Shown here: positions 36,246 through 47,055 of the stretch, one piece after another
Position numbering within the stretch: the stretch's first letter is position 1
Layout of the letters: the number at the start of each line of letters is the position of its first letter
Program-made: the position numbers and the translations under genes
Origin: Lentisphaerota bacterium
Lineage (GTDB): Bacteria > Verrucomicrobiota > Kiritimatiellia > JAAZAB01
DNA: 64,000 bases
Direction: 5' to 3'
NCBI GenBank assembly: GCA_016188985.1
Contig: JACPGM010000053.1
Coordinates: 4,290-68,289, forward strand
Notes under the pieces: generated by a model
The model's input: only the letters and a program-made list of their open reading frames with translations
Databases searched by the model: none
Told to the model about the DNA's origin: nothing

Positions 36246-38066
36246 TTATTCTCCGGGCTGTCGTCTGGTGTCTGTCGTCAGTCGTCGGTCTTCGGGCTTG
36301 GGCGGCAGGGCGAGCTTCAGGTGCAATTCGCGGAGTTGTTTTTCGGTGACGCCGGCGGGCGCGCCCATCATCAGGTCCTGTGCCTTCTGATTCATGGGGA
36401 AGGCAATGACTTCGCGAATGTTAGCTTCATTGGCCAACAGCATCAGAATGCGGTCAATGCCGGGGGCAATGCCGCCGTGCGGCGGCGCGCCCAGCCGGAA
36501 GGCGTTGATCAATCCACCAAAGCGCTCATCCACGGCTTGTTGATCATAGCCGGCCAGGGCGAAAGCCCGATACATGATTTCGGGATCGTGGTTCCGGATC
36601 GCGCCGCTGGAAAGCTCCACGCCGTTGCAGATAATGTCATATTGATAGGCCCGGATCGCGAGCGGGTCTTGTTCCTCCAGGGCTTGCATGCCGCCCTGCG
36701 GCATCGAAAATGGATTGTGCGAGAAAATGATCTGGCCGGTTTCCTCGTCCCGTTCAAACATCGGGAAATCAGTGACCCAGCAAAACCGGAAAATCCCCTC
36801 ATCAATCAGCTTCAGGTCCTGAGCCAGTTTCACGCGCAGGTCGGCGGTGATGCGGTTGACCTCGCGCGGCCGGTCGCAGACGAAGAACACCACGTCGCTG
36901 GCGTGAACTTCGCACTGCATGGCAATCGCTTCAAGCTGCGCGGGAGTCAGGAATTTGACAATTGGTCCCTTAACCCCCGCATCGGTCCAGACCAGGTACG
37001 CCAGGCCTTTAGCGCCCAGCCCCTTGGCATAATCCGTGAGCTTGTCAAAGAAACTCCGCGGCTGGGCGGCAATTTTCCCGACGGGGATCGCCCGCACAAT
37101 TCCGCCCTGCTCGATGACCGAGCGGAAAGCGTTGAAGCCGGATTCCTTGAAAAGGGCGGTCAGGTCGCGCATTTCGATCGGAATCCGCAAATCCGGCTTA
37201 TCGGTCCCGTATTTCAACATGGCTTCCGCATAAGGGATGCGCGGGAAAGGCGGAGCGTTAAATGGTTTCCGGGAGAATGTCCGGAATACGCTGGCCAGCA
37301 CATCCTCGACGACGACGAAGACATCGTCCTGGGTGGCGAACGCCATTTCGAGATCCAACTGGTAAAATTCGCCGGGGGAGCGGTCGGCGCGGGCATCCTC
37401 GTCGCGGAAGCAGGGCGCGATCTGGAAATAGCGGTCAAACCCGGCGACCATCAGCAACTGCTTGAACTGCTGGGGGGCCTGGGGCAAGGCATAAAACTTT
37501 CCGGGATGCACGCGGCTGGGCACGAGGTAGTCGCGGGCGCCCTCCGGGGAACTGCTGGTCAGGATCGGGGTCTGGAATTCCTGGAACCCCAGGGAGAGCA
37601 TACGCTCGCGGATAAAAGCGATTACACGGGCGCGTTGAACAATGTTGCCGTGCAGCCGCTCCCGGCGCAGGTCCAGGTAGCGGTAGCGCAGGCGCAGATC
37701 TTCCGGGCCGTCTTCCATCGCGTCCACCGGAAAGGGCAAGCTGCCGCAGGGTGAAAGCACCTGGATGGCTTCCGCCACCAGCTCGATTTCGCCCGTTGCC
37801 AGATTGGGGTTAACCGTTTCCGGCGAGCGCGCCACCACGGCGCCGGTGACGGTAATGACGCTTTCCAGGTGCAGGCGCTTGCTCAGGTTGAAAAATTCGC
37901 GGTCGGGCTGAATTACCACCTGGGTCAATCCGTAATGATCGCGCAGGTCAATAAACAGCAGTTGACCATGGTCGCGTTTGCGATAAACCCAGCCGGCCAG
38001 GCGCGCGCTCCTGGAAATATCGGTTGCTCGTAATTCACCGCAGGTGCGCGTACGATAAGGATGCAT
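36246..38066 (-). CDS. aspS: Aspartyl-tRNA synthetase
   Basis: N-terminal OB anticodon-binding domain, class II motifs ([19 protein letters not shown]); start at [12 protein letters not shown]. Confidence 0.93.
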   Translation of the reverse strand: MHPYRTRTCGELRATDISRSARLAGWVYRKRDHGQLLFIDLRDHYGLTQVVIQPDREFFNLSKRLHLESVITVTGAVVARSPETVNPNLATGEIELVAEAIQVLSPCGSLPFPVDAMEDGPEDLRLRYRYLDLRRERLHGNIVQRARVIAFIRERMLSLGFQEFQTPILTSSSPEGARDYLVPSRVHPGKFYALPQAPQQFKQLLMVAGFDRYFQIAPCFRDEDARADRSPGEFYQLDLEMAFATQDDVFVVVEDVLASVFRTFSRKPFNAPPFPRIPYAEAMLKYGTDKPDLRIPIEMRDLTALFKESGFNAFRSVIEQGGIVRAIPVGKIAAQPRSFFDKLTDYAKGLGAKGLAYLVWTDAGVKGPIVKFLTPAQLEAIAMQCEVHASDVVFFVCDRPREVNRITADLRVKLAQDLKLIDEGIFRFCWVTDFPMFERDEETGQIIFSHNPFSMPQGGMQALEEQDPLAIRAYQYDIICNGVELSSGAIRNHDPEIMYRAFALAGYDQQAVDERFGGLINAFRLGAPPHGGIAPGIDRILMLLANEANIREVIAFPMNQKAQDLMMGAPAGVTEKQLRELHLKLALPPKPEDRRLTTDTRRQPGE

Positions 38067-38130
38067 GGGGAATTTTCGATTTATGATTGGTGATTTTTGG
38101 TGACTACTCAGGTCATTCAACTGTTCCAGC

Positions 38131-38235
38131 GGCCGCACAGGCTGTGCGGCCCTACCATATTTTCATGCCATAGGCAGACCCGCCTATGGCGGGACATCTT
38201 CCCATTGGTAGGGCGGGACAGTCTTGTCCCGCCGG
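38131..38235. repeat. Intergenic repeat family B copy 2 (inverted; upstream of aspS)
   Basis: ggccgcacaggctgtgcggccctacc...ccataggcagacccgcctatggcgggacatcttcccattggtagggcgggacagtcttgtcccgcc. Confidence 0.8.
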
Positions 38236-38291
38236 CTTTGCGATAGATGACTTAAGCAGATACGATTTTTGTTTATTTTCTTCAGTTGTGG

Positions 38292-39284
38292 TTATGCCGG
38301 AGGTGCGGACTGTTGATTGTCAGCCGATTCCGTGTTGAAAACGCCCATCGTCCGGAATTTTTTATAGCGCTGCTCGATGAGCTCGGCGGGCGCTACTCTT
38401 TTCAGGTCGCGCAAATGGTGCAACCAGCGCTGTTTCAGCGTTGCGGCCATGGTCTTGGGATCCGTATGCGCGCCTCCTAACGGTTCGGGCACGATCTCGT
38501 CCACCAGGCCGGCTTGCAACAGGTCCGGGGCGGTCAGTTTGAGCGCGGCGGCCGCCTGGCCGGTGAAGGCCCGGTCTTTCCACAGGATCGCCGCGCAGCC
38601 TTCGGGCGAAATCACCGAATAATAGGCGTGTTCCAGGATCAGGATGCGATCGCCCACGCCGATGCCCAGCGCCCCGCCGCTGCCGCCCTCGCCGATCACG
38701 GTGACAATGATGGGAACCTTGAGGAGAAATAATTCGCGTAGATTCGTGGCAATGGCCTCGGCCACGTGACGCTCCTCGCTGCCTACGCCGGGATACGCGC
38801 CGGGCGTGTCAATCAGGGTCAGAATCGGGCAGGCGAATTTGGCCGCCAGTTTCATCAGACGCAGCGCCTTGCGGTAGCCTTCGGGATGGGCCATGCCGAA
38901 ATTATGGGTCACGTTGCTTTTAACGTCGCGCCCCTTCTGCGTGCCCAGAATCATGACCGGTTCGTTATCCAGGCGCGCCCAGCCGCCGATCATGGCCTGG
39001 TCGTCGGCATAATGCCGGTCGCCATGCAGCTCGATAAAATCCGTGCAGATCGCTTCAATATAGTCCCGCGTATAAGGGCGCTGGGGATGGCGCGCCAGTT
39101 GCACTTTGTCCCAGGCGCTCAGGTTCTGAAAAATGGCGCGCTTGGTCTCGGCGATTTGTTTTTGCAGTTCGGCCAGTTCGGCCGAGACATCAATGTTTTG
39201 CGCGGCGCTGAAGGCGCGCAGCTCCTGGAGCTTGTTTTCCAGCTCCAGAATGGGCGCTTCGAACGGTAACGAATAGGTTGCCAT
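38292..39284 (-). CDS. accA: Acetyl-CoA carboxylase carboxyltransferase alpha subunit
   Basis: 330 aa; conserved PGAYPGVGSEERH... motif. Confidence 0.93.
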   Translation of the reverse strand: MATYSLPFEAPILELENKLQELRAFSAAQNIDVSAELAELQKQIAETKRAIFQNLSAWDKVQLARHPQRPYTRDYIEAICTDFIELHGDRHYADDQAMIGGWARLDNEPVMILGTQKGRDVKSNVTHNFGMAHPEGYRKALRLMKLAAKFACPILTLIDTPGAYPGVGSEERHVAEAIATNLRELFLLKVPIIVTVIGEGGSGGALGIGVGDRILILEHAYYSVISPEGCAAILWKDRAFTGQAAAALKLTAPDLLQAGLVDEIVPEPLGGAHTDPKTMAATLKQRWLHHLRDLKRVAPAELIEQRYKKFRTMGVFNTESADNQQSAPPA

Positions 39285-39320
39285 GGAATGAATCCCGCCT
39301 GAAAACGGAGCTGGCCGCTG

Positions 39321-40235
39321 CTATTCAGCGATGGCCACTGGCGTTCCGAGGGGCAGAAGCAAAAACAGTTCTTCGGCGTTGTTGTTGGCCAGGCGCACGC
39401 AGCCGGCGCTGGCTTGCTGGCCGATGGTTTCCGGTTGCCAGGTGCCGTGCAAACCGTAGCCGCGCACCGCCGGAGTCTCGCCGGTGGCGGTCAAGCTCAT
39501 CCAGCGCGTCCCCAGGATGTTTTCCTTGTCGCCATAAGGAACCATCTTGCCGTCCGGCCGCCACCAGTCCGGCTGCTCGATCTTGTCGGTAATCACGAAA
39601 GTGCCGACGGGCGTTGAGCCGTATTTGCCGGTGCCAACGCGGTAGCGCTTGAAAAAACGGTTGTTGACCGAAAGCACCAGATCGTTGCGGCTCTTGCTGA
39701 TGGCCAGTTGACAGGCGCCTTTGAAGACCAGCAAGCGGTCGCCCGGATGCAGCATGGGCCGGTCAAGCGCATTGCTTTTTTTGATCAGTTCGGCGGTAGT
39801 CTTGAATTTCCTGGCAATGCGCTCCAGGTTATCGCCGGACTGAACGAGGTACTCCTCTTTTTCGGGCATGGCCGCCGGCGATAAAAGCAACTCGAAGTTG
39901 ATTTGTCCCAGCAAGGTCTCCAACGATTGCCTTAGCTCCTGGTCTAAACTCTGCGCCAGCAGCTCGTAGCCCTTGGCGCGGGCCTCGGCGAGCGACTTGT
40001 TGGCATAGAGCGCGCGAATTGTCTGCCAAGCCCGCTGCTGGGGCTTGACGGTCGGCTGCGCGCTGACTGGCCGGGAAAGCGCTTGCGCACTACGCCTGGT
40101 TGAAGCCCGGCACGAACGGATCAGAACGACGGTGGCGATGCCGGCAGTGACGAGTAAAATAACCAGCAAGAATACAGCTAACCGGGAACGACGTTCCGGG
40201 CCTTGAATCATCAGGTTATCCAGGTCATCAGCCAT
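39321..40235 (-). CDS. LysM domain-containing L,D-transpeptidase (YkuD family)
   Basis: N-terminal TM, LysM (YLVQSGDNLERIARKF), C-terminal YkuD catalytic HGT...SAGCVRL. Confidence 0.85.
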   Translation of the reverse strand: MADDLDNLMIQGPERRSRLAVFLLVILLVTAGIATVVLIRSCRASTRRSAQALSRPVSAQPTVKPQQRAWQTIRALYANKSLAEARAKGYELLAQSLDQELRQSLETLLGQINFELLLSPAAMPEKEEYLVQSGDNLERIARKFKTTAELIKKSNALDRPMLHPGDRLLVFKGACQLAISKSRNDLVLSVNNRFFKRYRVGTGKYGSTPVGTFVITDKIEQPDWWRPDGKMVPYGDKENILGTRWMSLTATGETPAVRGYGLHGTWQPETIGQQASAGCVRLANNNAEELFLLLPLGTPVAIAE

Positions 40236-40364
40236 AATTTAAATCCTCTGATAAAAGACTAAAGTATCCAACATGGCTTGCCTTAAAGTGCCGCTACGAT
40301 AAACCAGCGCACTTCCCTTGGCAAGCGCATTTCCTGTCAGAAAGTAACCCCTGGTTGCCCAGCA

Positions 40365-41719
40365 TCATTTCGCAACAAGGAGGTTGGCGAGGCCGACTGT
40401 GTGGCGAGGCATGTGAAGGGAGATGCGATTGCCTTGCACAGAGATGGCGTCGCAAACGGTTTGAAGGTCGTGCTCCGGATCAATGCAAAGGATCTGCGCC
40501 TCCTCCATGGATCGGGGGGCCCGGTCGAGGTCAATGGTCCAGCGGTCGCGGTCAGAGCCATGATTGGCAAGGAACATTGATATTCGGCTTCCGTCTGCTG
40601 CGAGGCCCGCCAGCACCGCAAGCCCATGGTCCGGGTCGCTGCCCGATACGGCGAGGCGCTCCGGAGAAGCATCCATTAGTGTGGTCAGGGCGCGAAAGGC
40701 GTAGTAGGGTTTATGCGGCAGTCCTTGGAAGCTGAACATCCCGTAGTTGAAGTTCATGGAGGAGTAGTAGTTCGTCATGTCGAGCGGTAGATCCTGCATG
40801 GCGATGAGGCAGGTGGCGGCCAGCGAGGCGCCGGCGGATGAGTTCTTGTATGCGAAAAAGTCCCGTTCGGTCTGCGGAGTTGCGCGCATACCCTTGAACC
40901 CGCCGGGGAACGGCGCCATGTTCCATTCGTTCAAGTGGTTTTCGGTCTTGGTGAAGCCATAATGGTCGAGGATGGCGCGAACCTCGCGGGAGGCGACCGC
41001 GATTTCTCCAGCGGAGTCAGGATAGGTGTGCCAGGAAAGAAAGTCGAGCGGACACCCCGTGTCACGCAGTTTCGGCAGGAAACTGTGTAATTTGTCACGG
41101 CTGTTGCGTATGCTGCCGTTGAACGCCGGCCCGCCGATGCTGATATCGGGACAGACGGCCTTGATGCGTTTGGCCGCCGTGATAAAGAAGGCGATGAACG
41201 ATTCGTAGGTCCCATTCCACTGCGTTGCGCCGTTATCGGCCTCGTTCCATATCTCCCAATACCGGATGTTGTGGTGGAAACCGCCGGCCCAGCCTTCGTT
41301 GTAATGGCGGATTATTTGGATGCAGATATCGGCCCATTTCTTGAAATCCGCCGGGGGATCGGTCAGGCCGCTGAATTCCGGTCGTCTTCGCAAGCTGACG
41401 CCCAGTCGGTAGACGATGCCGCAGTCACAGTCCAGAATACTCTGGATGTAGCTGTCCGTAGCTCGGAATACGTAATTGGCAGGGTCGGCCGGGTCGAGGT
41501 GAAACAATGGAAAGATGCAGGGGACGTCTACGACGTCGAAACATGCATGTGGGCAGTCGTGCAGACGAACCGTTGGAAATCGGACCTGTTTGAAGAACTC
41601 GCACGCGTTGTACGCGCCCTGTCTGTAGATAGGGCCCACATTTGTGCCGTGGATGCGTCGGAACGATCCCGCCGGCTTGCTGCAATCAATCGTGATGTCG
41701 GCCTGGCATTGCTGCATAT
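40365..41719 (-). CDS. Glycoside hydrolase (GH39/GH5-like TIM barrel)
   Basis: RYWEIWNEADNG catalytic-acid motif typical of clan GH-A (GH39-like); start taken at MQQCQADI. Confidence 0.55.
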
Positions 41720-41924
41720 TGCCTTCCTCCTTGTTTCGTTCCAACTTTGCTATTACCTGAATATTGCGCCGAAGGCGCAAAAAAATGACTGAAAAACCAC
41801 TGGGAACCTCCTGGTGGATTGGGTTAAACCAATAACCAACCCACTGAAACCGATCGCCAGCCATCATGCACAGATCCGGCGGATCGATGGGGCGGAATTC
41901 ACGGCTGGATCGGGATTTTTCATA

Positions 41925-43580
41925 TCACCCCGCAAACGCAAAGGTGAACAGCCGGGCCGAGCGCATAAAGAACTCCAAACGGACAGGCGTTCCGGCCAGG
42001 AAGCTCAAATCGCTTCTTCCCTTCCATGTGACGGTATGCCGCAGGTGATTCAGATCCACCGGATCGCAATCCTCCCGCGTAAAACCGCCGACCGGGCGGC
42101 CCTCGGCGTCCCTGATTTGCACGAAAGCCTCGCCCAACCCCTGGCAGTCAATGTTCAGTTCAAGCTGCTTGCCATCGTGCCACAAAAGAGGCGTCAGAAA
42201 CCGTCCGCCGCGCGGACCGGCGGTTGCGGCGATGAAACGATCTTTTTGTTGCACAAGCCGGAAGACCGTTCCGCCCTCTTGAACGCCGTCCGGATCGAAT
42301 ACGCCGTGCGTTGTGCGACACCCCAGGTAATATTGAAAAACCTCGTCTCCGCGCCGGATCATGCCGGGCACGACCATGATCAAGCCGCCGTCGGGTTCCC
42401 CATACAGACCGTTCCCGACGTAGGGCCGCCGATCGGGCCGGCTCCACGTGCGCCCGTCGCGGCTCACCGCGAGCTGCGTTTCGAAGACTCCGTCATTGCC
42501 GCGCGCAAAATACCGGTGGGTCTCGCGCCCGCGGCGGTCAACAGAACCGGGATACTTGCGGAAAAGACCGGGAAAACCCAGCCATACCCCGTCGGCATAG
42601 CGGGTGGCGCTGAGATGGTTGATGTCAAGACTGGGCAGCGGCATATCTCCGGCGTCAATGTCCAGTGCGGTCTCCAGTTCGTCCGTGACATAGATGCAGC
42701 CCGTATGATCCAGCTTCCGTTCGCGAGCCGCGAAAGGCCAGGGCGTCTGATCCAGACTCTCCACTTCGCACCGCACAATGGTGCGGCGATTTGGAAATCC
42801 GCGCAGCAGCGCCACATACCGGCGCGTGGCGGGGTCGTAGAGGATCTGGTTGTTGGTGTCGGCGGTGAACGGCAACACCGGCTGGGGTTTCATCGTCCAC
42901 CGTATGCCGTCGGGCGATACGCTTAGGTAGAGCTTGCCTCCCTTCGAAGAGATCGCCATGAAGCGTTCCGCTGGGGAGCCCGCGGGATTGATCGCCGCCA
43001 CGCAATTCGCGCCGGTGAAAGGGAAAAAATTGTTCGCGCGGCTGCCGTGATAGTCCATGAGACCGAGTTCAGGACGCTCCCAACGAATGCCGTCCGCGCT
43101 CGTGAAAAAACCTTTGTGATAGAGTTCGCGACAGACCCATTCGATTCCCGGAAGGGGCCAGCCGCAGGAGCGGCAAAGAAGCTGCCGGCCTTCGTTTCCC
43201 TTGTTGCAGCAGGGACAGGCAACCTTTCCCGGCACGCCCTCGTAGCGCGCGATGCCGAGTGTCCACATTTTGTATATCCCATCGTCCTCGAGCACGGCCG
43301 ATGGCTCGATCCGGTAAGCCTCCCACGCATGCTCTGGTTTGAGAACCGGCCCCGCCTTTAGGGCCGGGTTCATTTCAAGCGTCATGCCGTCGCATTCCAG
43401 GAAGAACAAGTCATCCAGAAAGAATTGCGTTGTCGTGCCGATAGTCATGGGCTTCATGCGCAGATTCGGCGGATTCAAGGGACCGTAATTAGCAACTGGA
43501 TCGGAATTTCCCATACCTATGGATTTCATTGCCGTTTCCTCTTGGTCAGGTCCGGGCGATGCGCGCGGCGGCTCAAACAC
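41925..43580 (-). CDS. Hypothetical protein, possibly a GH43/GH32/GH130-like beta-propeller
   Basis: 551 aa, Trp/Gly/Asp-rich with repeated DG..W blade-like motifs; sits between a GH and sulfatase genes. Confidence 0.35.
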   Translation of the reverse strand: MFEPPRASPGPDQEETAMKSIGMGNSDPVANYGPLNPPNLRMKPMTIGTTTQFFLDDLFFLECDGMTLEMNPALKAGPVLKPEHAWEAYRIEPSAVLEDDGIYKMWTLGIARYEGVPGKVACPCCNKGNEGRQLLCRSCGWPLPGIEWVCRELYHKGFFTSADGIRWERPELGLMDYHGSRANNFFPFTGANCVAAINPAGSPAERFMAISSKGGKLYLSVSPDGIRWTMKPQPVLPFTADTNNQILYDPATRRYVALLRGFPNRRTIVRCEVESLDQTPWPFAARERKLDHTGCIYVTDELETALDIDAGDMPLPSLDINHLSATRYADGVWLGFPGLFRKYPGSVDRRGRETHRYFARGNDGVFETQLAVSRDGRTWSRPDRRPYVGNGLYGEPDGGLIMVVPGMIRRGDEVFQYYLGCRTTHGVFDPDGVQEGGTVFRLVQQKDRFIAATAGPRGGRFLTPLLWHDGKQLELNIDCQGLGEAFVQIRDAEGRPVGGFTREDCDPVDLNHLRHTVTWKGRSDLSFLAGTPVRLEFFMRSARLFTFAFAG

Positions 43581-43636
43581 TTAATGGATAGCGAATTCCC
43601 GGCGCAGAAGCAAAGAGAATTGCCGCGTTTCTATCA

Positions 43637-44974
43637 TTGACAGGCGGGCATAAACGGGCATGGTTAATGCTGCTCATGAAATCCACGCAACCACACGTCT
43701 TGTTTGTATGCACCGGCAACGCGGGGCGAAGCCAGATGGCGGAGGCCCTCTTCAAGCGTCTGGCCGGCGGAAAGACGGCGGTTTCCAGCGCCGGTGTGGC
43801 ACCGTGGGATCATCTGCATCCCATGGCCGTGCGCCTGATGCGGGAACGGGGCATTGACATGGCCCAGGACGGCCAGCGCCCGAAGGATGTTCGAGCCTTC
43901 TCCGAGGCGCTGTTCGATGTCGTAGTCACGCTGGGCGGCCGGGCGCTGGCCTTGACGCCTGAACTGCGCGGCAATCCGCGGCGCATGCACCTGGAAATTA
44001 AGGATCCTGCCGACGCCGATCAGGAGGGTGCGGAACGCCAGGAGGCCGCCTTCCGGTTCGCCTTGACGGAGATCGAAAGGCGCTTGCCGGATGTGCTGGC
44101 GTGCGCCACAGAAGGCGCCCGCGCCGGCGCGCTGCACCTGGCCGGGGGCATTTCAACGTGTTTTTCGCGTCTAGATTTCTCGCATCCCAATGCGTTCGAA
44201 CCATCGCGACATCTGCCCCTGCTGGCCCAGACCGGGTTCAAGTGCATCGAGCTGAATTTGTACCTGGGTGGTTTGGACTTTGCCTGGGATCGCCCGGAAC
44301 GGTTGCGGGAACTGGCGGCCGCCGCCTCCGACAACGGCATCCGCATATATTCGGTCCACGCTGTGGGCGACTGGGTGACCCAGGTCGAGCCCCAGCGCCG
44401 CCGGCTCATGATCGATCTGGCCAAGGCGAGCGCCGATGTCGCCGCCATGCTGGGGGCTTCTGTGATCCCTTTCCATGCCGGGCTTCCGCAAGGTTTGGAG
44501 CGCGCCGAGGGAGAAGCCGTGCTCCGGGATGTTCTCGCGGAGCTGGAAGCGCACGTTTTGTCGTGCTCCTGCGCATTCGGCTGGGAAAACGAGGCCATGG
44601 GGCTGACCGCCGAGGAGCACCTCGCCTGGATTCGCCGGTATCGCCCGGGCGCCATGGGGCTTGTCCTGGATACGGGCCACTCCAATCTTGTCGGTGACAC
44701 CGACCGCTATCTGGCCGTCGCGGGACTGCGTTTGAGCGGCCTGCATCTGAACGACAATCACGGCTCGTCAGACGATCATATGCTGCCGGGCCTCGGCACA
44801 GCCGCGTGGGAAGGCTTTACAGGGAAACTGTTGCGAACCGGCTATATCGGACCGCTGATGTTGGAAATTCACGATTTCGCGCGGCAACACGAGCTGCCTG
44901 CCGTACTGAGAGATGCGGCGGCGTCCCTGGACCGGCTCCGCAGCCAGATCCCGCCGGAGGCGGGCACCCTGTAA
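43637..44974 (+). CDS. Fusion protein: low-molecular-weight phosphotyrosine-phosphatase/ArsC-like domain + sugar-phosphate isomerase/epimerase (xylose-isomerase-like TIM barrel) domain
   Basis: N-terminal VLFVCTGNAGRSQMAEAL (CX5R P-loop, second Cys replaced by Gly); C-terminal RIYSVHA...DNHGSSDDHMLPG...EIHDF resembles AP-endonuclease-2/xylose isomerase-like TIM barrels. Confidence 0.6.
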   Translation: MTGGHKRAWLMLLMKSTQPHVLFVCTGNAGRSQMAEALFKRLAGGKTAVSSAGVAPWDHLHPMAVRLMRERGIDMAQDGQRPKDVRAFSEALFDVVVTLGGRALALTPELRGNPRRMHLEIKDPADADQEGAERQEAAFRFALTEIERRLPDVLACATEGARAGALHLAGGISTCFSRLDFSHPNAFEPSRHLPLLAQTGFKCIELNLYLGGLDFAWDRPERLRELAAAASDNGIRIYSVHAVGDWVTQVEPQRRRLMIDLAKASADVAAMLGASVIPFHAGLPQGLERAEGEAVLRDVLAELEAHVLSCSCAFGWENEAMGLTAEEHLAWIRRYRPGAMGLVLDTGHSNLVGDTDRYLAVAGLRLSGLHLNDNHGSSDDHMLPGLGTAAWEGFTGKLLRTGYIGPLMLEIHDFARQHELPAVLRDAAASLDRLRSQIPPEAGTL

Positions 44975-45040
44975 AATTTAAAGTTCAAGGGTTCAGTGCT
45001 CAGGAGAGATGGCATGTTTTAGAGTGCCGATTTCCGATTT

Positions 45041-45075
45041 TGCGGCAATCCAAAATCTAAAATCTAAAATCCATC
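45041..45075. repeat. Heptamer repeat (AATCYAA)n
   Basis: gcggcaatccaaaatctaaaatctaaaatccatc. Confidence 0.85.
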
Positions 45076-45180
45076 TTTAGGAACTTCGGGTCAAACCATA
45101 AAATAACACTTAACGACTTCAGAGTCCTAAATAAAAGGGGGATACTTTTTCGGGCGCGAAGGTCGGCCGGGGATGAACGG

Positions 45181-45421
45181 ATCCCCGCAGGTGGTGGGAT
45201 GCGGCTCACGGTCGTGAGTCGCAATGAGCCGCAACGGGTTGCCTCCTGCGGCTACTATCCACATTAGGGGTTACCCAACCCGCTGGGGCGCAACCTCTTT
45301 GGTCGTTGCGCGGCGTTCCACGCGAAGGACAATACCTTCCAGGTATTCCACCTTCGCGTGCGCCTTGCGCAATCGGCAATATAGGTTGCGACATTGTCAT
45401 AATATTTACGAAACAGAGCAC
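45181..45421. mobile_element. MITE-like repeat family G copy 1 (right ~150 bp conserved; carries a conserved small ORF start)
   Basis: 45291..45421 matches 58793..58939 (cgctggggcgcaacctct...ccttccaggtattccaccttcgcgtgcgccttgcgcaatcggcaa.ataggttgcg.cattgtcataatatttacgaaac.gagcac). Confidence 0.7.
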
Positions 45422-45546
45422 TTAGACTTTTTGCTTGTCGGCAGGGAGCCGGAAAACATATATTATCCGCCTAGCGGAGATGAAGCTACCCTGACAGAGC
45501 CGCCGGCTATGTGCTTGACGTGCGGATACTAACACCGGGATTTGGC

Positions 45547-47022
45547 ATGCGCCCTAACATTCTCGTTTTCTATACCGATCAGCAGCGTCAGGACAGCCTG
45601 GGTTGCTATGGCAACGTGATTGCGCAAACTCCGCATCTGGACGCCTTGGCCCAACGCGGACTTCTCTTTCACAACCACTACGTCAGCAACCCGGTCTGCA
45701 TGCCCAGCCGGGCTTCGTTTTTCACAGGGCGCCATTTACAGGCGCATCGCTTGATTGACAATGGCATTCCCCTACCGGAAACGGAAAAAACCCTGCCGGC
45801 AGTCCTGGCCGAACACGGCTATCAGACCCACTCCGTCGGCAAGATTCATCTGACGCCCTATCTGGCGCCGCTGGAAAGCGGCTGCAAGGAATCATGGGCC
45901 GTGTGGCGCAGCGGCGCCCTTGACCAATGGAATGGTCCTTATTATGGATTCGAGCGGGTGCGCCTGACGCTGGGTCATGGCGACGTGCCCTTCACGGCCG
46001 GCGGCCATTATGCGCGCTGGATCCGGGAGCGGGTGAAGGAACCCGAACGTCTGGCCGCAGCGGCGTGTGAGGCGCACAAGAAGCAGCCTTATCGCTCCAT
46101 CGTGCCCGTGGAACTCTATCCTTCCACCTATGTCGCTGAGGAGGCGATTCGTTTTCTGCGCGAGCGCGACCGGAAACGCCCGTTTTTCCTGTATGCGTCA
46201 TTCCCCGATCCGCACGCTCCCTTTACGCCGCCGACGGCCTATGCCGAGCGCTTCGCCGCGGCTAATTTTCCCAAACCGCATCGGCGCGAAGGCGAACACG
46301 ATAACCGGCCGTTTCATTACCGGAAAGCAATGACCGAGCGACTGTTTCCGGAAGACGGCGGCGCGCATTGTCCGCGCAATCTTTCGGCCGATAATTGGCG
46401 GCAGATTTATGCCGCCACTTATGGCATGGTGAGCCTGATTGACGAATGCGTGGGCCGGGTGCTGGCCTGCCTGGAAGCGGAAGGGTTGGCCGCAAACACT
46501 TTTGTCGTTTTCACGTCCGACCACGGCGATTTTCTGGGCGATCACTTCTTTCTCTATAAAGGTCCTCTGCCTTGTCGTTCGCTGCTGAATGTGCCTTTCA
46601 TCCTGGCGGGTCCCGGCTGCCGCGCCGGTGCGACTCAGACTGTCATGAGCAACGTGGATGTCATGCCGACTCTGTTGGATTTAGTCGGCCTTGCCCAGCC
46701 CGCGACGGTGCAAGGGCGTTCTTTCAAACCGGTAACGGCCGGGACGGCTGAACTGGATGAAGCTCCCGCGCTCTGTTGCGGGTGGAGCAAGGATTCGCCG
46801 CAGTATTACCATCAGAGCCTGTATTTCAGCCACTGGCGCATTACTTATTTTCCATTTCAGGATGATGGCGAGCTCTATGATTTGGAACGTGACCCGCACG
46901 AGCTTTGCAATCTATACCATGCGCCCGAGCAGCGCGCGGTGCGCGTTGAATTGCTTGAGCGGCTGTTGAAGGAGCTTGGCCGCGCCGAGCCTTGCCGGCC
47001 GCCGGTTATTTCCCCGTGGTGA
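45547..47022 (+). CDS. Sulfatase (arylsulfatase family)
   Basis: ILVFYTDQQRQD... CMPSRASFFTGRH (C-x-P-x-R FGly motif). Confidence 0.9.
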   Translation: MRPNILVFYTDQQRQDSLGCYGNVIAQTPHLDALAQRGLLFHNHYVSNPVCMPSRASFFTGRHLQAHRLIDNGIPLPETEKTLPAVLAEHGYQTHSVGKIHLTPYLAPLESGCKESWAVWRSGALDQWNGPYYGFERVRLTLGHGDVPFTAGGHYARWIRERVKEPERLAAAACEAHKKQPYRSIVPVELYPSTYVAEEAIRFLRERDRKRPFFLYASFPDPHAPFTPPTAYAERFAAANFPKPHRREGEHDNRPFHYRKAMTERLFPEDGGAHCPRNLSADNWRQIYAATYGMVSLIDECVGRVLACLEAEGLAANTFVVFTSDHGDFLGDHFFLYKGPLPCRSLLNVPFILAGPGCRAGATQTVMSNVDVMPTLLDLVGLAQPATVQGRSFKPVTAGTAELDEAPALCCGWSKDSPQYYHQSLYFSHWRITYFPFQDDGELYDLERDPHELCNLYHAPEQRAVRVELLERLLKELGRAEPCRPPVISPW

Positions 47023-47055
47023 TAGTTCCAGGATTTTTCTGGCAATGTTTCCGGC

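Noticed and set aside
36321-37754. 477-aa plus-strand ORF
   Set aside because: Antisense to aspS; shadow ORF in GC-rich DNA.
41814-42926. 370-aa plus-strand ORF
   Set aside because: Antisense to the 551-aa beta-propeller-like gene. The minus-strand frame has the better, Trp/Asp-rich domain-like composition, though neither has a firm homolog. Kept the minus-strand call at low confidence.
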